Shown: positions 13,846-27,130, numbered from the whole stretch's first letter. The stretch is DNA of 62,327 nt, filler included, from Choristocarpus tenellus KU-1152 (GCA_964200185.2; 11 parts of 11 records of this genome joined end to end with filler, not necessarily neighbours in it); one strand, 5' to 3'. Translations and numbers: made by a program. The notes: generated from the sequence alone by a model not told the origin.

Positions 13846-14103
13846 GAATGAAAGTGTATTAGAGGGTACGAGTTTTGCCCTGTTTGTCCATATGGGGCTG
13901 GGCTTCCCATGGGTTCTTTATAACATTTTCCTACTCCAAAATGTTTAGGAGTAGGTAAAGTGTGTATGTTATGAAAAAGTGTGTCAGATACATGGATATC
14001 GACACTTCCTAACAAAAGCGATAGCCAAAATTACATCAAAATCGCAACATTGGATTTTGGCCCGCAAAAGGATGCGGTTCTACCCTCTAAGATACTTTGG
14101 CTC
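13846..14103 (-). mobile_element. MITE family A, full copy
   Basis: Both TIRs present; flanks TTGG/CTGG (near 4-bp TSD). Confidence 0.9.
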
Positions 14104-14801
14104 CTGGGACAAATATTTCCCCTTCCGTAATTCAAGTAGCCACCATTTTCTTTAAAAAAGACTATATGGGGCCTGCCACGAACACCATAGTGAAGACACC
14201 ATTTTGTGGTGTAGCATGTGCACATTTCCATCTCTCGACATTGTCTTCTATCTTGAGTAGATTTCAGTACCAACTAATATTGACCGTAATAATAATACTT
14301 GAACAATAGGAGTGAAGTACTACACATCAGGGTGTTTTAATGAAGAGTTTTGGTGGTAGCTAATAGATAATAGCAAGAACATCTTTTGTTGTGAACAATA
14401 TCAAAACACACTAGTATGATTCCGATGTAACAACTCATGATCACACAAAAATACTATTCCTTTGCCTAACATGTGGTCAATCATCAACCAAATATCACTG
14501 AAACTCATTGACAAAATCATGCACAATACACTCGAGGGTCGAGAGCTCACACCTCAGGCAGGAATACCACTCTTTACTCGATGGCTATATACAAGAGTTT
14601 ATCCAAGTCTGCCCCTGCTTCTCCGATCACCGCTAGAAACTAAGGTATTTTTCCATGCCGTTTGACCATTGAGGAAGTATCTGTTAGAGGGGGAGGGTTG
14701 GGCATACGTGGGCAGCTTGTACGCTGATTACCAAGATCCACACCATCAAAATGTCTACTTGAAATGCCATAGCTATTTTCTTTCACCCTCAATATTGATG
14801 A

Positions 14802-14871
14802 GGCTCAAAGTATCTGGGGGGGGGGTGGCGGCTGTCCATTTGGGGACAATTTTTTCATGTCGCAACTTTTG
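14802..14871 (+). mobile_element. MITE family B, 5' part running into a gap
   Basis: ggctcaaagtatctggggg... Confidence 0.75.
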
Positions 14872-15019
14872 NNNNNNNNNNNNNNNNNNNNNNNNNNNNN
14901 NNNNNNNNNNNNNNNTTAATTAATTAANNNNNNNNNNNNNNNNNNNNNNNNNNNNNNNNNNNNNNNNNNNNTTATTTTTTTAAAAAGTGCTTTTATCTTT
15001 TTTTTTATCCCCCTTCCGC

Positions 15020-17710
15020 TCAACATCCCCCCCCAAAAACTCTAAACATGTATGCCCCCCCCCCCCCCACCCCCCTCTGAATATCTCGCCAACACTCAGT
15101 AAAAAGAGCTACACACCTTCTGTAAACTTCCCCAGCATCTTCCACAGCCACAGGGGGAAAGACTCCAAGGAATGAATCCAAACAAGTTCCCGCTGCATCC
15201 AACGCCATTCTCACAAACTGCACCTGTTGGAGGGTTGGGGTTGGGGTTGGGGACAGGGGTGGGTGCAAGGGATTGTTTTTTTTCTTTCCCCAGCACATAT
15301 TCGGTTAGGGAAGTGATGCACAATGCACTAGAGCCCTGTACAGCTAGAGTGGCAGCAGCACCACCAGTGGCCAATAAATCTACACGCATAGCACTTTCAG
15401 GTTACACAAACACAAGAAGAGAGTATTTACCATAGTGCTACCTGTGAGCGGATGGTCCCCTCTTCTGTAGCCATGTCCCAGGAGGACAATATATCGAACA
15501 GTAGGGTTGGGTGGGGTTTTGACCTATACGACAGGTGAAAAAAGATGAGCAAAATCGACAACGGATGCCAATTTGCTTGTTTGCTAACACACGTAACAGT
15601 CAAGAATTTTGAAAAATAGGGTCATTTCTCTGGCTGAGCTACCGCCAACGAACAAAAGCAAATTCCAGGTTTTCACAGACTCAGAAATCAAGGGTCGGCA
15701 AGGCAATACGATGCTGTGATGTGTTATGACTTAATGGTATCGGGGACTCAGTGCATGCGTTCAATTGCGACCTGCTTATGTGTCCATACTGTATGTCCAA
15801 CTAAAGCTACATTCCAAACACCAGCAGTCATCAAAGTAATCGGTATTATGAAATAAATAACAGCGTCCTCTGGAGTATGTATTTGTTTCCAGCATTGAGA
15901 TAAAAGGTCGGATAGTGTACTCTTGGTAAAAAGACAAACCGTTTCTGGTAGGGGTTGACACTCCTGGACAATATGTAGGGCTAGGAGTTGAGGCATGGGC
16001 AGTGAACTGTTGGGGTCAGGACTTGACATCACCAGAGAGCTGCCAGGATAATATTTCAGTGTCACCTGTTAAATTGTACATCAAAGGCATAGTAATACAT
16101 GCTACAGATCCACCCATATCTTTACTCTTTTTGATGATAATTGATGTTGTGTTGGGCTGCCAGAATCCACACATCCATCATGGAAGCAAGCTGCCCAATC
16201 TAGTAATGTTAAAATGATGGGTGCAAATGCTTTATCTTGTCAAATGTGATTTTCAACAAGATACCCCCCCCAAACAAGTGCTTTCAACTTATCATGGTTT
16301 ACCGTAACCTTACTCTCAACAAAAAACCACAACCGATCATATTGTAACTGTGTGTCTTACCTCGGTAATGACCCAAGCCTTAGCCAATACAAAGTCCAAT
16401 ATCTGATCTAGAATGATACAAAAAACACTGCATACCTTGAAAATAGTACTCACATTGTCTGGGGTCATATTTCTAAGGGCCACATTGCTTGTGAATTCCT
16501 TGTCTAGCTTGTCCCATGCATCGAACTCAACTGCAGAGGCCAGGTACTCTATCCCATCACGGCCAGCATCCAATGCAGCCTTGCACGTGTCGTATGATAA
16601 GTGGGTGGGTCAGTAGGGTCAAGTTTTGTTGGGGGTAAGGTGTTGAGTTGCTACGTCCTGACTATAGTAACAAGGTTCATTTTGCACAGAGATGTGGCAG
16701 TTACAACAAAATTTGAATTGATCATGTTCCACACTTGTGGTCTCTGTTTATCTACTTGACTGAGTACATAAAACCAGCACACACCTAACCTGGCGTTTCC
16801 TTCCTTCTGGTAAGTAGAGAGATGCGTCTTTTACACACTCCTTAAGCTCTAATCCCCTAAGGACAGCCTTCACCAACCCACGGCACTCCTGGATGCGATC
16901 TCCCCTTCCCAGGTCGATCTCCAACATGCGTGAGGTTTCTCTAGCATTCACAACGTTTACAAGACAACTGTGCGGAAGGGGGAATCGCGCGAGGAAATAT
17001 GGTGTGGGGTGGTGTGCATGGTAGTTGCATCTTCCATTCAACAGGTGAAGCGCAGCAACGGGGCAACCATGCACAAGTGTATACTTGCAGCTCTCAAGAA
17101 GTCAGGCCTAGTCAGAACGTAAGCCAGCACACTTCACACCTTTTCAGTCGCTTCCATTGAGATGAACGTGGTAAATCAGTGCTTACTAAGGGCAGCAATT
17201 GCAACAAATTTGCGCTTCTTTGTGATTGACGTTCATCAGCAGCAACGCTCACTATCTAGAACCACCCGACCTTCGTTATAATACTGGGGGGCAATTCGAA
17301 ACAGGGATGGTTGCCCACCGATTCAGTGGCCTTGATGGTCCACCGAAGCCAAAGGCGTTTGCTGGCAAGGGACTGAAATCAAAGTTGTTGATCGTTCCTC
17401 CCCAAGTCCCAACTCGCCCTTCCCTCAACCCAGTGGTAGAGCTAGTTAATGCGGCGACGGTCGCAAGAGATCCCAGTCTCTTCAACCAGCTTCTCCTGGA
17501 AATAGACTCGGGCACTTCTTCCTCCATCGATAATTCCCTCACCAGCATCACATCTCCTTGTTGATGTCGACGACTTGCTTGTGGTGCGCAAGAACAGGAA
17601 GTAAGCGTATGAACGCGAGTAGTGTGCAATGGGAGACGAAATGCTTGGGTCTGTAGATGGGGTGGTGTAACACCAACAAAAAGGGCCAGTATCACCGACC
17701 TTATCGCCAT
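15020..17710 (-). CDS. Predicted thylakoid-lumen protein of unknown function (tripartite presequence)
   Basis: Phase-consistent exons 17710-17319, 16967-16790, 16579-16454 and 15223 onward (ends at donor 15117 or stop 15020). Signal peptide ending TQA-F, transit peptide, twin-Arg 'SRRSWL', hydrophobic stretch and AxA site (ANA). Confidence 0.8.
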
Positions 17711-17869
17711 TTTAGAGAGGGGGGAAGTACATTGTAGTCATTGAGGAACATGCCATAAATGAAGTATGAGTGGAGGCAACCCACCGATTTTAACCGGAAA
17801 TCGGCGATGCAAGAGAAGACAACCAATATTGTCCAAATTTGTGTCTGACGCAACACAATAGTTCCAATC

Positions 17870-18010
17870 TGCCCCCAAACACAGTGATTCAGGAAATCCT
17901 GAAGTCCTCCGCAATGGCCGCCACTGTCCCCCGAGGCATCTGAGTTTTGTGCCCTCTTGCCGCCAGGAAATGCGCCACCACGCTATTCTTTACTGGGGTG
18001 TTCAAGTGTG
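17870..18010 (-). mobile_element. Possible mariner-like transposase N-terminal HTH remnant
   Basis: MPRGTVAAIAEDFRIS*ITV resembles the LPRGxxxxxAxxFxVSxxTV N-terminus of Tc1/mariner transposases; contains a stop. Confidence 0.3.
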
Positions 18011-18439
18011 AGTCCCTGACAGACTTCCGAGGAATTGGGACCGACAGGATAATCAAGCCGCTCAAACGATAGGGAGACTTCATCCTAAGCGTCCTATATA
18101 AATATCTACTTTTGATAGTTCACGAGGCGTTTGAACCCTGTCAAATCCGACTTAGTGGATTTTACACTGGTGATCCTCCACAGCCATGACAGCCCACCAT
18201 CTCAAACTTTGGACACCAACCTACACGAGAACCAAGCCTTGTCCAGAGGGTTTATCAGATGTGGGTCGTTCCTGGGTAACAACGGAGCTTGCAAAAATTA
18301 TGTTACATTTATTTCCGAACGGAAGAAGTCACTAATAATCCCTACGGCTGGTCTAAACTTACTATAATTGCATCCCTCCTTCCTTAATGTGGTGTGGACC
18401 AACCAAAAGACACCCATCTCCTGACGGGAACTCATGTTG

Positions 18440-18630
18440 AAACAGCGGATCATCATAATGGCGGATGAATCATTTCATGGAGGATGGGTTTGACCGAACG
18501 GGTGCGCGGAAAGTGCCCATATGTTTCTTTTTTGTAAATATCATAAAACTTTTTAGGGCCCTTTTTTGAGTGGGAATCTAGGCCGAAGGTGGTAGTAGGA
18601 CATATTTAATTGATGATAAATACAGTTCCT
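18440..18630 (+). repeat. Dispersed repeat family E
   Basis: Reverse-complement homologue at 30511-30709; terminal piece at 37500-37530. Confidence 0.7.
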
Positions 18631-19240
18631 ACCCCGATTTTGTTCCAAATCTGAAAATAGTAATTTTTGTACCACTTTTTTCGACATGCTCGAAAAAATA
18701 GCACTTCGATGTAGTTTCTTTCGGGGTGACGTTTCATCGTCATATGGATGGTCGACCGAGTGAGAAGAAGTGTTATTTTACCATATTATTAAATTGTTTA
18801 TCAATTATTGCTATCGTCCCCAAGTAGAAGAAGCTAACGCTGAGCGCTTGTAAGTTTTGACATTATGTGATGATCGATCTCTTTGTGCGAATATCTCAGT
18901 CATGCCCGAATTATCGTTTGTTGCGATCTGCCCCCCCTCCTCCCACCCCCTGTCAGATACGCCGATGTGCATTTATCTATTTTTTCGGGAAACTTGTTTG
19001 ACTTGTCACATATCGCAAGAGAACAACAGGGAGAAGAGGGAGAATAAGGCGACAACAGCCCAGAGCAAAAATATGGTTTAAAAAAAAATCTTCACATGAA
19101 ATAAGAAAAACACCAGTTTATCAATTTCCTGCTCATTCGTTGTATCCCTCCTCCCCCCGCCACCGCGCGAAACTGTGCACGTCACCTGAAGCAAAATGGG
19201 CGCCGATTCTGGTAAGCATGTTATGAGGAGTTCAACAGAC

Positions 19241-19315
19241 ACACGAACAACTTACTTGAACAATGTTGATGATGCCTCGTTCGTCCAGTAGTTAGTTCAA
19301 GCAAGTTGTTCGTGT
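19241..19315. repeat. Small inverted repeat (21-bp arms)
   Basis: acacgaacaacttacttgaac ... gttcaagcaagttgttcgtgt, one mismatch. Confidence 0.8.
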
Positions 19316-19430
19316 AAAACACTCCCATCTGCTCTGTTTACCGTTGGTCAATCATTACCTTGCCAACGTGTGCGCCCGCCCGCCTCTCCACCTCCCCCTC
19401 CTTCCCACCCCTCGTCCCGATTCTCTTCTT

Positions 19431-19470
19431 GAGCCAAAGTATCTTATAGGGTAGAGCCGCGTCCATTTGG
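19431..19470 (+). mobile_element. MITE family A, 5' end running into a gap
   Basis: gagccaaagtatcttatagggtagagccgcgtcc. Confidence 0.8.
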
Positions 19471-19811
19471 NNNNNNNNNNNNNNNNNNNNNNNNNNNNNN
19501 NNNNNNNNNNNNNNTTAATTAATTAANNNNNNNNNNNNNNNNNNNNNNNNNNNNNNNNNNNNNNNNNNNNCCCCCTCCCCCCCCAAAACGAATTCCAAAC
19601 ACCTGTTTGTGAAATATATATATATATATATATATCACAAGAATGAATCTATTGATTCCTCCTCCCTAGAACAGAAAAACCAAACTACAAACTACAGTAG
19701 CGAGTTCATGTCTATCATACCACGACCCAGGTGTTTGATGTTACAGTACTTTATGGTAGTGTATGTATGTAGTGTATGTATGTATATAGTGTATGTATGA
19801 TGATGACTTAC

Positions 19812-22800
19812 CGTCTTCATACGGCGACCGACCTCCTTCATGTTTTCATACATGGTTCTGTTGGTGACATTCTCCCTCTCCTTGCTCTCCAGCTCCTTAG
19901 ACTTTTTGTCCATATCTGCAGTCATTTCTGCCTTCTCCGCCGACAGCTTGCTCACCTTGTTTTTATTTATTTTTTGTTTTTAATTTTAATTCCCAACATT
20001 AAAAAATATATATGCACAACAAACAAATCAGCACAATCTACTACAGTGCAGGGAGTCAGTACCAACGGGGACATAGATACTACATGGAAAAAAATCATAG
20101 AAAAAAGTGTACATACATAGGTGCACATTCAACCAGAATATAAATACATACACACACATGTAACCAACACAAAAGTAACCCCACATAAAACAAAAAAACA
20201 CCTACTACTTCAAAATCATAACATGAAAGTATGGATCACCACCCTCATATCCCACTAATAACACACCTGCTCTCTGAGCTCTGCCATGGCAGTGGTAGCA
20301 GTGTTGGTTGACCTTGCCCTTTGCAGTTCAGCCCTGACAGTGGCAGTCTCTGCCAACGCCTGCCATAAAACGTCATCCAAGTGTTAAGTGTGAATGTGTT
20401 GACAGGAAGGAGGTAAAAAAAAGAGAGTATTACTTACTTCACATGTCTGTCAACCATGGATTAATCAGAGGCCTTCGACAATGTTTCTAGAAAATCATAG
20501 TAGAAGAGCTCAGTGGAGTTCAACCAATCAAAACAGCACACTAACATCTTCTACACAGTAACAAAAAAATAGAAAAAAAATGCTACAGTTACACTCCACT
20601 AGTATTCTTCAAATTGATCACATACACGTCGATGCCGATGTCAACATGCCAATATGCCACCCCAGCAACTACAAACACCAAAATCTTCACGCTATAACAA
20701 CAAAACACTAGACAGGTCAAACAAAAACACCTGCTTCCCCCACACCATTGCATCTAATGTTGTCATCTCACATAAAATAATAACATAAAACTCCTCTTGT
20801 TTTTTACCATTAATTTTTTTCTTTTTTTTTAATCAAAAAATATAAACACTCCAACGTACACATAAATCAATCATTTCATTCACCGGCTTCTCGTCCTATC
20901 GAAAACTGATGAAAACTCAAGTCGTTTGGAACATGTTGAACACCTTACCTTCAATCTACCTAATCTACCCAAGTCTATCCCTTCATCTTCATTCACCAAA
21001 CACAAACCCTAACCCCAGTCAAACATCAGTATGTTAACATCAACCTACACAGTGCAATACTCAAACCAACACTTTTTAAAATTAATTATTAACAGGAATA
21101 ACACAAAAAAACAAAGAGTTAAAGCCAACCCTAACCCTATTCATCCAATAATATTGTATCATTATCCTTTTCCTCATAAAATATACAACACTATATCATA
21201 GTTATGTTTTTGTCTAGCACCATACAGGACAAGACCTTATCTCAACCACAACCCTAACTCACAGAAATTAAATTAACCTTATGTATCCTCAATTTAACCA
21301 TTGAACCAAAGTATCTTAGAGGGTAGAGCTGTGTCCATTTGGGGGCCAAATTCCAATGTTGCGATTTTGATGTAATTTTGGCTATCATATCATTAAAAAG
21401 TGTCAATATCCTTGTTCTGGACACACCTCTTCATAACGTATACATTTTACCTACTCCCAAACATTTTTGGAGTAGGCAAATGTCATGAAAAAAACATGGG
21501 AAGCTAAGGATATGTAAGACCCACACGGACAAGAACAGGGCAAAACTCATACCCTAACCCTAACCCTAAGATACTTTCACTCACTCAACAGACTACCTGG
21601 TCATGTCAACAATGCTCCCTATTACAACTTGACTTTCATGGCTGTTCTATCCCACTATTTGAAAACTAAGTAACCTAAGTAACGAAGTAACTGGTCCATT
21701 CAAATGAACAATAACTATCTCTTTCAACTGACCTTAGCAAGCCTCTCCTTCTCAGAAGTCAGCTGAGCCTCAAGTCGCTTCAATGACTGTGCCTGCAAAT
21801 AACATAACATAACATAACACAACACAACACATTAGGAATGGAACGTTTAAAAGAGACACTGCCATCGCTGATGACTAACAAACAAATTATTGATAATACT
21901 TTTTTTTCAAAACAAATGAATTTTATTTTTATTTTTTGTACAGTTTTCAATAAGTGCAGGTGTTTTGCTGCTTGATGTCAAACTAGGCGTGAAAACTGTT
22001 GATTGGTAATCTGTCCTCACTGTAAAACAATTCACAGCATGCCATACCATCATATTACTGTCGTAACATCATATTTCATTACTGCACATGAAGTTACACG
22101 TATTGCTTGTGTTACATACCGGTAACACTGAGAGTAATGGGACTATAAAAATAACTATAAAAAGCCAAGAAGGAACGTTCAAAACAAAATTAACTTTTTA
22201 TATCAGAAACTTAACCATGATGCACAGGGAGCAAAGTCTAAGGCAAAACACACACACACACACACAGACAAAACACAGACAACACACACAGGGTAAACAC
22301 GGCAAGTCCTCAATTAACTGAATTGTGAAGACATCACATACCCTATAACCCTAACCCCTCCAAAAATAATAATGATAAAATAATAATATTAGTAACTGAC
22401 CCTAATGGCAGTCTCCTTCGTGGCCTTTTCCAATGCTGCACTGCGCTGCTCTGCTGCCTGGGTCATATCAGACACCTGCAAAGAGAGACAACATCAATAA
22501 TAATAATAATAACAATAATAATAACAATAACAACAATAAGAATGTAAGCAAAACCTGGGTGTTGAGACAAACCACTGAGCTACCAACAGCATTTGTAACT
22601 ATTACTAAAATTACTACTAAAATGACACAACTTGTACCATGTAACACTCCCATTATGTTCAATATAATAATATGACTAGTATAAGTCATACTCTTAATGG
22701 CAATATTATTATGTATACAAGAGAACCACGAAAACATCACATCACCATCACCCCCTATTAAAAAAATAAAAATAGCCAACACTAAATCATGTATCCAGAA

Positions 22801-24517
22801 ACACAATTATGGACCAAAACCTCCGAAACTCCTGACTACAAAACCCCACTCCCCACCCCCCGAAAATCCATTGACTGACCCAAACCCCACATATTCCACA
22901 CTACCCCACTAAACCCTAAACCTAACCTCTTCCCCCACCTTATCCCATGATCATCTACCCTACCCACCAAAAAAATCTAGTACCACCATAGAGCCAACCC
23001 TACACCTCAACCATTAACCACTGATCCCCCCCCCTCCCTCCCCCATCACAATGCAAAATGTGCACGGTTTAACAATCAATAGTAGTACAGCAGGTTTGTA
23101 CCTTAGATGCAAGGCGTTGCTTTTCTCGAACATAGTTATCCCTATCCCTCTCCAGCATCTTCCTTTCCTTCTCAGCCTCGGCTGCCTTGTTCTCCATGGA
23201 CGACACCGTCTCTACCAGCTGCTGCTTCTCAGCCTTAACTTGTTTGTGCTCCTCCGGATCCACCTTAATTATTATTATTATTATTATTGCCGTAAAAATA
23301 AATGTACATTGTTTTATTAATTATCACAATCTGTTTTCTGTTTTCAACAATCACACTGAAACTGTCATCCTTCTAAAAATAGTTAAATAGTTACCTCTTT
23401 TTTGCAATACTTTCTAAAAAAAGGAAAAAAAGATACTACATAATAAAAATAATCGATTGTACATCACATGATCACCTTTAAAAATAACTGATGACGTATT
23501 TTAAAGGCGTTTATGTCACAATTACCCTAACCCTAAAAACCACAATCTTCCCCATCACTAGGTAACAAGAAAAGCATCCATAAATAACTTTCATTTTTTT
23601 TAGGGAAATAAAAATAAATAACAAGCGTAGCGACAAAAGACTCAAAACACTATTAACCTTTGGAAGCATAAAAAAAATTGACAAAATTTGGTTAACAATG
23701 CAGGAGTAACTGTCTTCAGTATCGCTACAGTCACTGTCTTCAGTATCACTACAGTCACTGTCTTCAGTATCGCTACAGTCACTGTCTTCAGTATCACTAC
23801 AGTCACTGTCTTCAGTATCGCTACAGTCACTGTCTTCAGTATCACTACAGTAACTGTCTTCAGTATCGCTACAGTAACTGTCTTCAGTATCACTACAGTA
23901 ACTGTCTTCAGTATCGCTACAGTCACTGTCTTCAGTATCACTACAGTAACTGTCTTCAGTATCGCTACAGTAACTGTCAAAACAGCATTGAAAATACTTC
24001 GAACACAAAGTACACAATTTATCAGATGGAAAAACAGCTTCCTTACCTTTACCTTCTACTACAAATATCTCCTTCAAAACATCTATCATCATACTACAAT
24101 ACTGTGAAACACACACACACACACAAACATAAACACATATGTCATTGATATCAGAAACCACAATGACCAAAATCAAGTCATTTGCAGCAAATCATATCCT
24201 ACACAGAAGACATTTACAGCAACATTAAAAAAAAACAATAATAAAAATAGTAATAAAAGTAGTAACAATGATGGTTGAAGATGGACACGCCATGACAAAA
24301 CTACAAACAATAAAAATAATGATAATAATAACAATAAAAATATCAAACCATACCCCTCACCGCATTAAAGCTGAGGGTTAGGCTGGTGACCCTCTTCTTC
24401 CAGTTTGCGACTTCCTGCCTCAAGGTGTCCACTTCCATCACCAGTGATGCCTTCTCAGACTCCAGTCGGCCCACTAGGCGTCGGGAGGGCTCCGCTTCTG
24501 ACTCTGTCTCTGCCAGC
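19812..24517 (-). CDS. TPR: Nucleoprotein TPR/Mlp1 (nuclear basket), internal six exons
   Basis: Phase-consistent exons 24517-24361, 23263-23102, 22475-22401, 21792-21733, 20359-20267, 19955-19812. Coiled coil with the TPR/Mlp/NUA motif 'WKKRVTSLTLSFNAVDPEEHKQV'. Confidence 0.75.
21303..21582 (+). mobile_element. MITE family A copy in a TPR intron, with (CCCTAA)3 inside its right TIR
   Basis: Full-length match to the consensus plus small insertions. Confidence 0.9.
23707..23978. repeat. Intronic minisatellite, 24-bp unit x11.3, with 48-bp higher-order period
   Basis: Unit t(a/c)actgtcttcagtatc(g/a)ctacag; the g/a site alternates strictly. Confidence 0.97.
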
Positions 24518-24571
24518 CTGATGATAAGTGTGTATGTGTGTGCAAAGTATTGATATTCTAAAGTGCTTAAA

Positions 24572-24714
24572 AACACACCTACAGCCTATTTGAAGTAAAC
24601 ATTGTAAAATAACAGAATATCCCTAACCCTAACCTTAACACACCTACAGCCTATTTGAAGTAAAACATTGTAAAATAACAGAATATCCCTAACCCTAACC
24701 TTAACACACCTACA
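24572..24714. repeat. Tandem repeat, ~66-bp unit x2.2, containing ccctaaccctaacc
   Basis: aacacacctacagcctatttgaagtaaa...ccctaaccctaacctt repeated up to the gap. Confidence 0.9.
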
Positions 24715-25606
24715 NNNNNNNNNNNNNNNNNNNNNNNNNNNNNNNNNNNNNNNNNNNNTTAATTAATTAANNNNNNNNNNNNNNNNNNNNNNNNNNNNNN
24801 NNNNNNNNNNNNNNCACATGAAGAACTTCCATGGTTTCATTCTAACGGAAAAAGTCCGTCAGTGAAATCATGGACTCTTGACTGGGAACCTCACTCGGTA
24901 CCACGGTATAACGGTATAACGGTATACGGCATACGGCAATAACGGTATAAATAACAGACAAACATGCTTTCCACACTAATGTAGGTATAGAACAGTTTTC
25001 GTTCATGGTAATGTTAACACACCTCTAAAATATGAACTATTTGAAAATGTATGTAAAATGAAAAATCTCAACGTTGTCTCGCACATTATCTACTTAGGTA
25101 ATGTGTACATCACTATGCTCTAACCTAACCATGCGATTTTATTATGCCCTCTGACATTTCCAGATGTATTTGTGTTGGGGGGGAAATCGAGACCAAAACT
25201 ACATGACAAGGACTAATAATTGTAGACACAACAACTGTAGTCATTGGTAAGATACCTCCCGAATGCGCATTTTATTCTCCGGGATGGAGTGCATTATTCT
25301 TCTTAAAGCCCGTCGTCGTACGTTCCAGTTAGCCCCATGATCGCTTGGTGACGGCGAGGGATGGAGAAATGACTTGGATAGGCTCATTGTGTCATTTTAT
25401 CGTTTTTTGAATTGCTAACAATGTGAAGAGTGCGCGTGGTGTCTGAACCGAGTGGAGTTGAACGCACGGTTTCGACTGGAGGGAGGAAAACCCTCCATAT
25501 TGAATCCAACGCATGATTTTTATTACCTGCAGGTTCAGTCCACAAATCCTTCCTTCTTGTGTCCCGAAAAGAAGTGCTGATGTCTTAGATAAGTAAAGTC
25601 TCGAGG

Positions 25607-25861
25607 GAGGAAAAATTTAAGAGGGTAGGACCACGTCCGCTCGGGGTCATGAATCCAATGTTGCGATTTCGATTAATTTTGGCTATCGTGTTTGTTAAGC
25701 AAGTGTCAATATCCTTGCTCCGCACACACCTTTCATAGACGTATACCTTTTAGGTAACTGTTCACACAGAAAACCGAAACAGGGCATAAAAAAATGGTGG
25801 GAAGTCAAGCCTCAAACGGATAAACAGGGCAAAACTCCTACCCTCTCAAAATGTTTGACTC
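25607..25861 (+). mobile_element. MITE subfamily A2 (lacks the central hairpin)
   Basis: Family A arms with centre 'taggtaactgttcacacagaaaaccg'. Homologues at 34031-34257 and 42125-42378 (rc). Confidence 0.8.
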
Positions 25862-26491
25862 GGAAACATGTTTAATGCCCGCAATTATTGCCCGGAACAG
25901 GAATAATTGTGTGTACTGAACAGATGACATTTCAGTCACCTCTGTCCCAACTATACCCCACCTTTGAACCCTAGATATTGGGGACTTCACTCAACTTTTC
26001 CCTGTATGTCCTTAGAACAGTGTGTGAGAGGTGATACCCCAGAGTAGGTGCCGTTGGATGGGATGTCGAAGTTGACTGGCACCTCAACACTCTCAAAACA
26101 TGTAGGAATGTATAGGCATATGGTTTCTGAAATCCATAGTAGTATTATTTATTCTTCTAATCCCCATATAACACACAAGCACACACAAAATCAATTTTTC
26201 TCCCCCTTTCTCAAAGATGAGAAATCTATAGTAGATGTTTATAGTGGCTTTCTCATGATGCCATTGGTTGTCCCATGGCGACATTATGATGATTCATAAT
26301 GTAGATTCATTATATATAACGATTTGTATTTTTTCCTCTTAGCGAAGTACCTTAGTACGATGTAGTGTACAGGGGAACCCTATATTTAGGAACCACCACA
26401 ATAGTACTATTTTTTTCACCTTTTGGCAGGCACCTTTGAAAACCCCCAACCCTATCTCCATCCCTAATCCAAATCCTAACCCTACCCCCAA

Positions 26492-26748
26492 GAGTCAAAC
26501 CAATTGAGAGATAGACAGGTTGGACCCCTTTGAATTCCAAGCAACCTTTCCTATACTGTGCAACAAACTCTATTTCATTGCCTTATGTGCACAATGCTGT
26601 ACGCAAACTTGGCATTCCCCCTTTCCCCACGCAAAATGACACGACAACTCAGCAAAGATTTTTCTGCAATTGTACAAAATAGCATACTTTGTCCTTTATT
26701 GGGATCCTTAAAATGCAACCCCTGCCTACCTCTTAGTTGGTTTAACTC
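26492..26748 (+). mobile_element. MITE family C, full copy (257 bp)
   Basis: TIRs gagtcaaaccaattgagagatagacagg / cctgcctacctcttagttggtttaactc. Confidence 0.85.
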
Positions 26749-26824
26749 TAACCCTAACCCTAACCCTAAACCTATTTGTATGTGAAAAATATTCCTACCC
26801 AGTCAAGGAAATGTTCTAAAAGAA

Positions 26825-27082
26825 GAGCCAAAGTATCTTAGAGGGTAAGGCCATATCCATTTGGGGGCCAATATCCAATGTTGCGATTTTGATGTGATTT
26901 TGGCTATCGTGTTTGTTAGGAAGTGTCAATATCCTTGTTCCGGCCAACCTTTTCATAACGTAAACATTTTACCTACTCCTAAACATTTTGGAGTAGGAAA
27001 ATGCCATAAGAAAACCTGTGGGAAGCCAAGCCCCAAATGGACAAACAGCGAAAAACTCGTACCCTCTAAGATACTTTCCCTC
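26825..27082 (+). mobile_element. MITE family A, full copy
   Basis: GAG...CTC ends; perfect 4-bp TSD AGAA. Confidence 0.95.
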
Positions 27083-27130
27083 AGAAGTGGTGAAATATAG
27101 TACAGTGTGCGCTTGGGAACCATTACCTCT

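Larger units (their letters stand above)
26371..27105. mobile_element. MITE family G (telomere-like CCCTAA core) hosting C and A insertions
   Basis: Left arm ggggaaccc...gtactatttttttcacc, partial right arm ggtgaaatatagtac; related to 27115-28212. Confidence 0.5.

Noticed and set aside
19196-19216. Possible first micro-exon ATGGGCGCCGATTCTG|gtaagc
   Set aside because: No downstream exon is visible before the gap.
23511-24176. Long ORFs with SDTEDSYC or VTVFSIAT repeats; CRISPR-like periodicity
   Set aside because: Translations of an intronic 24-bp minisatellite; there are no unique spacers.
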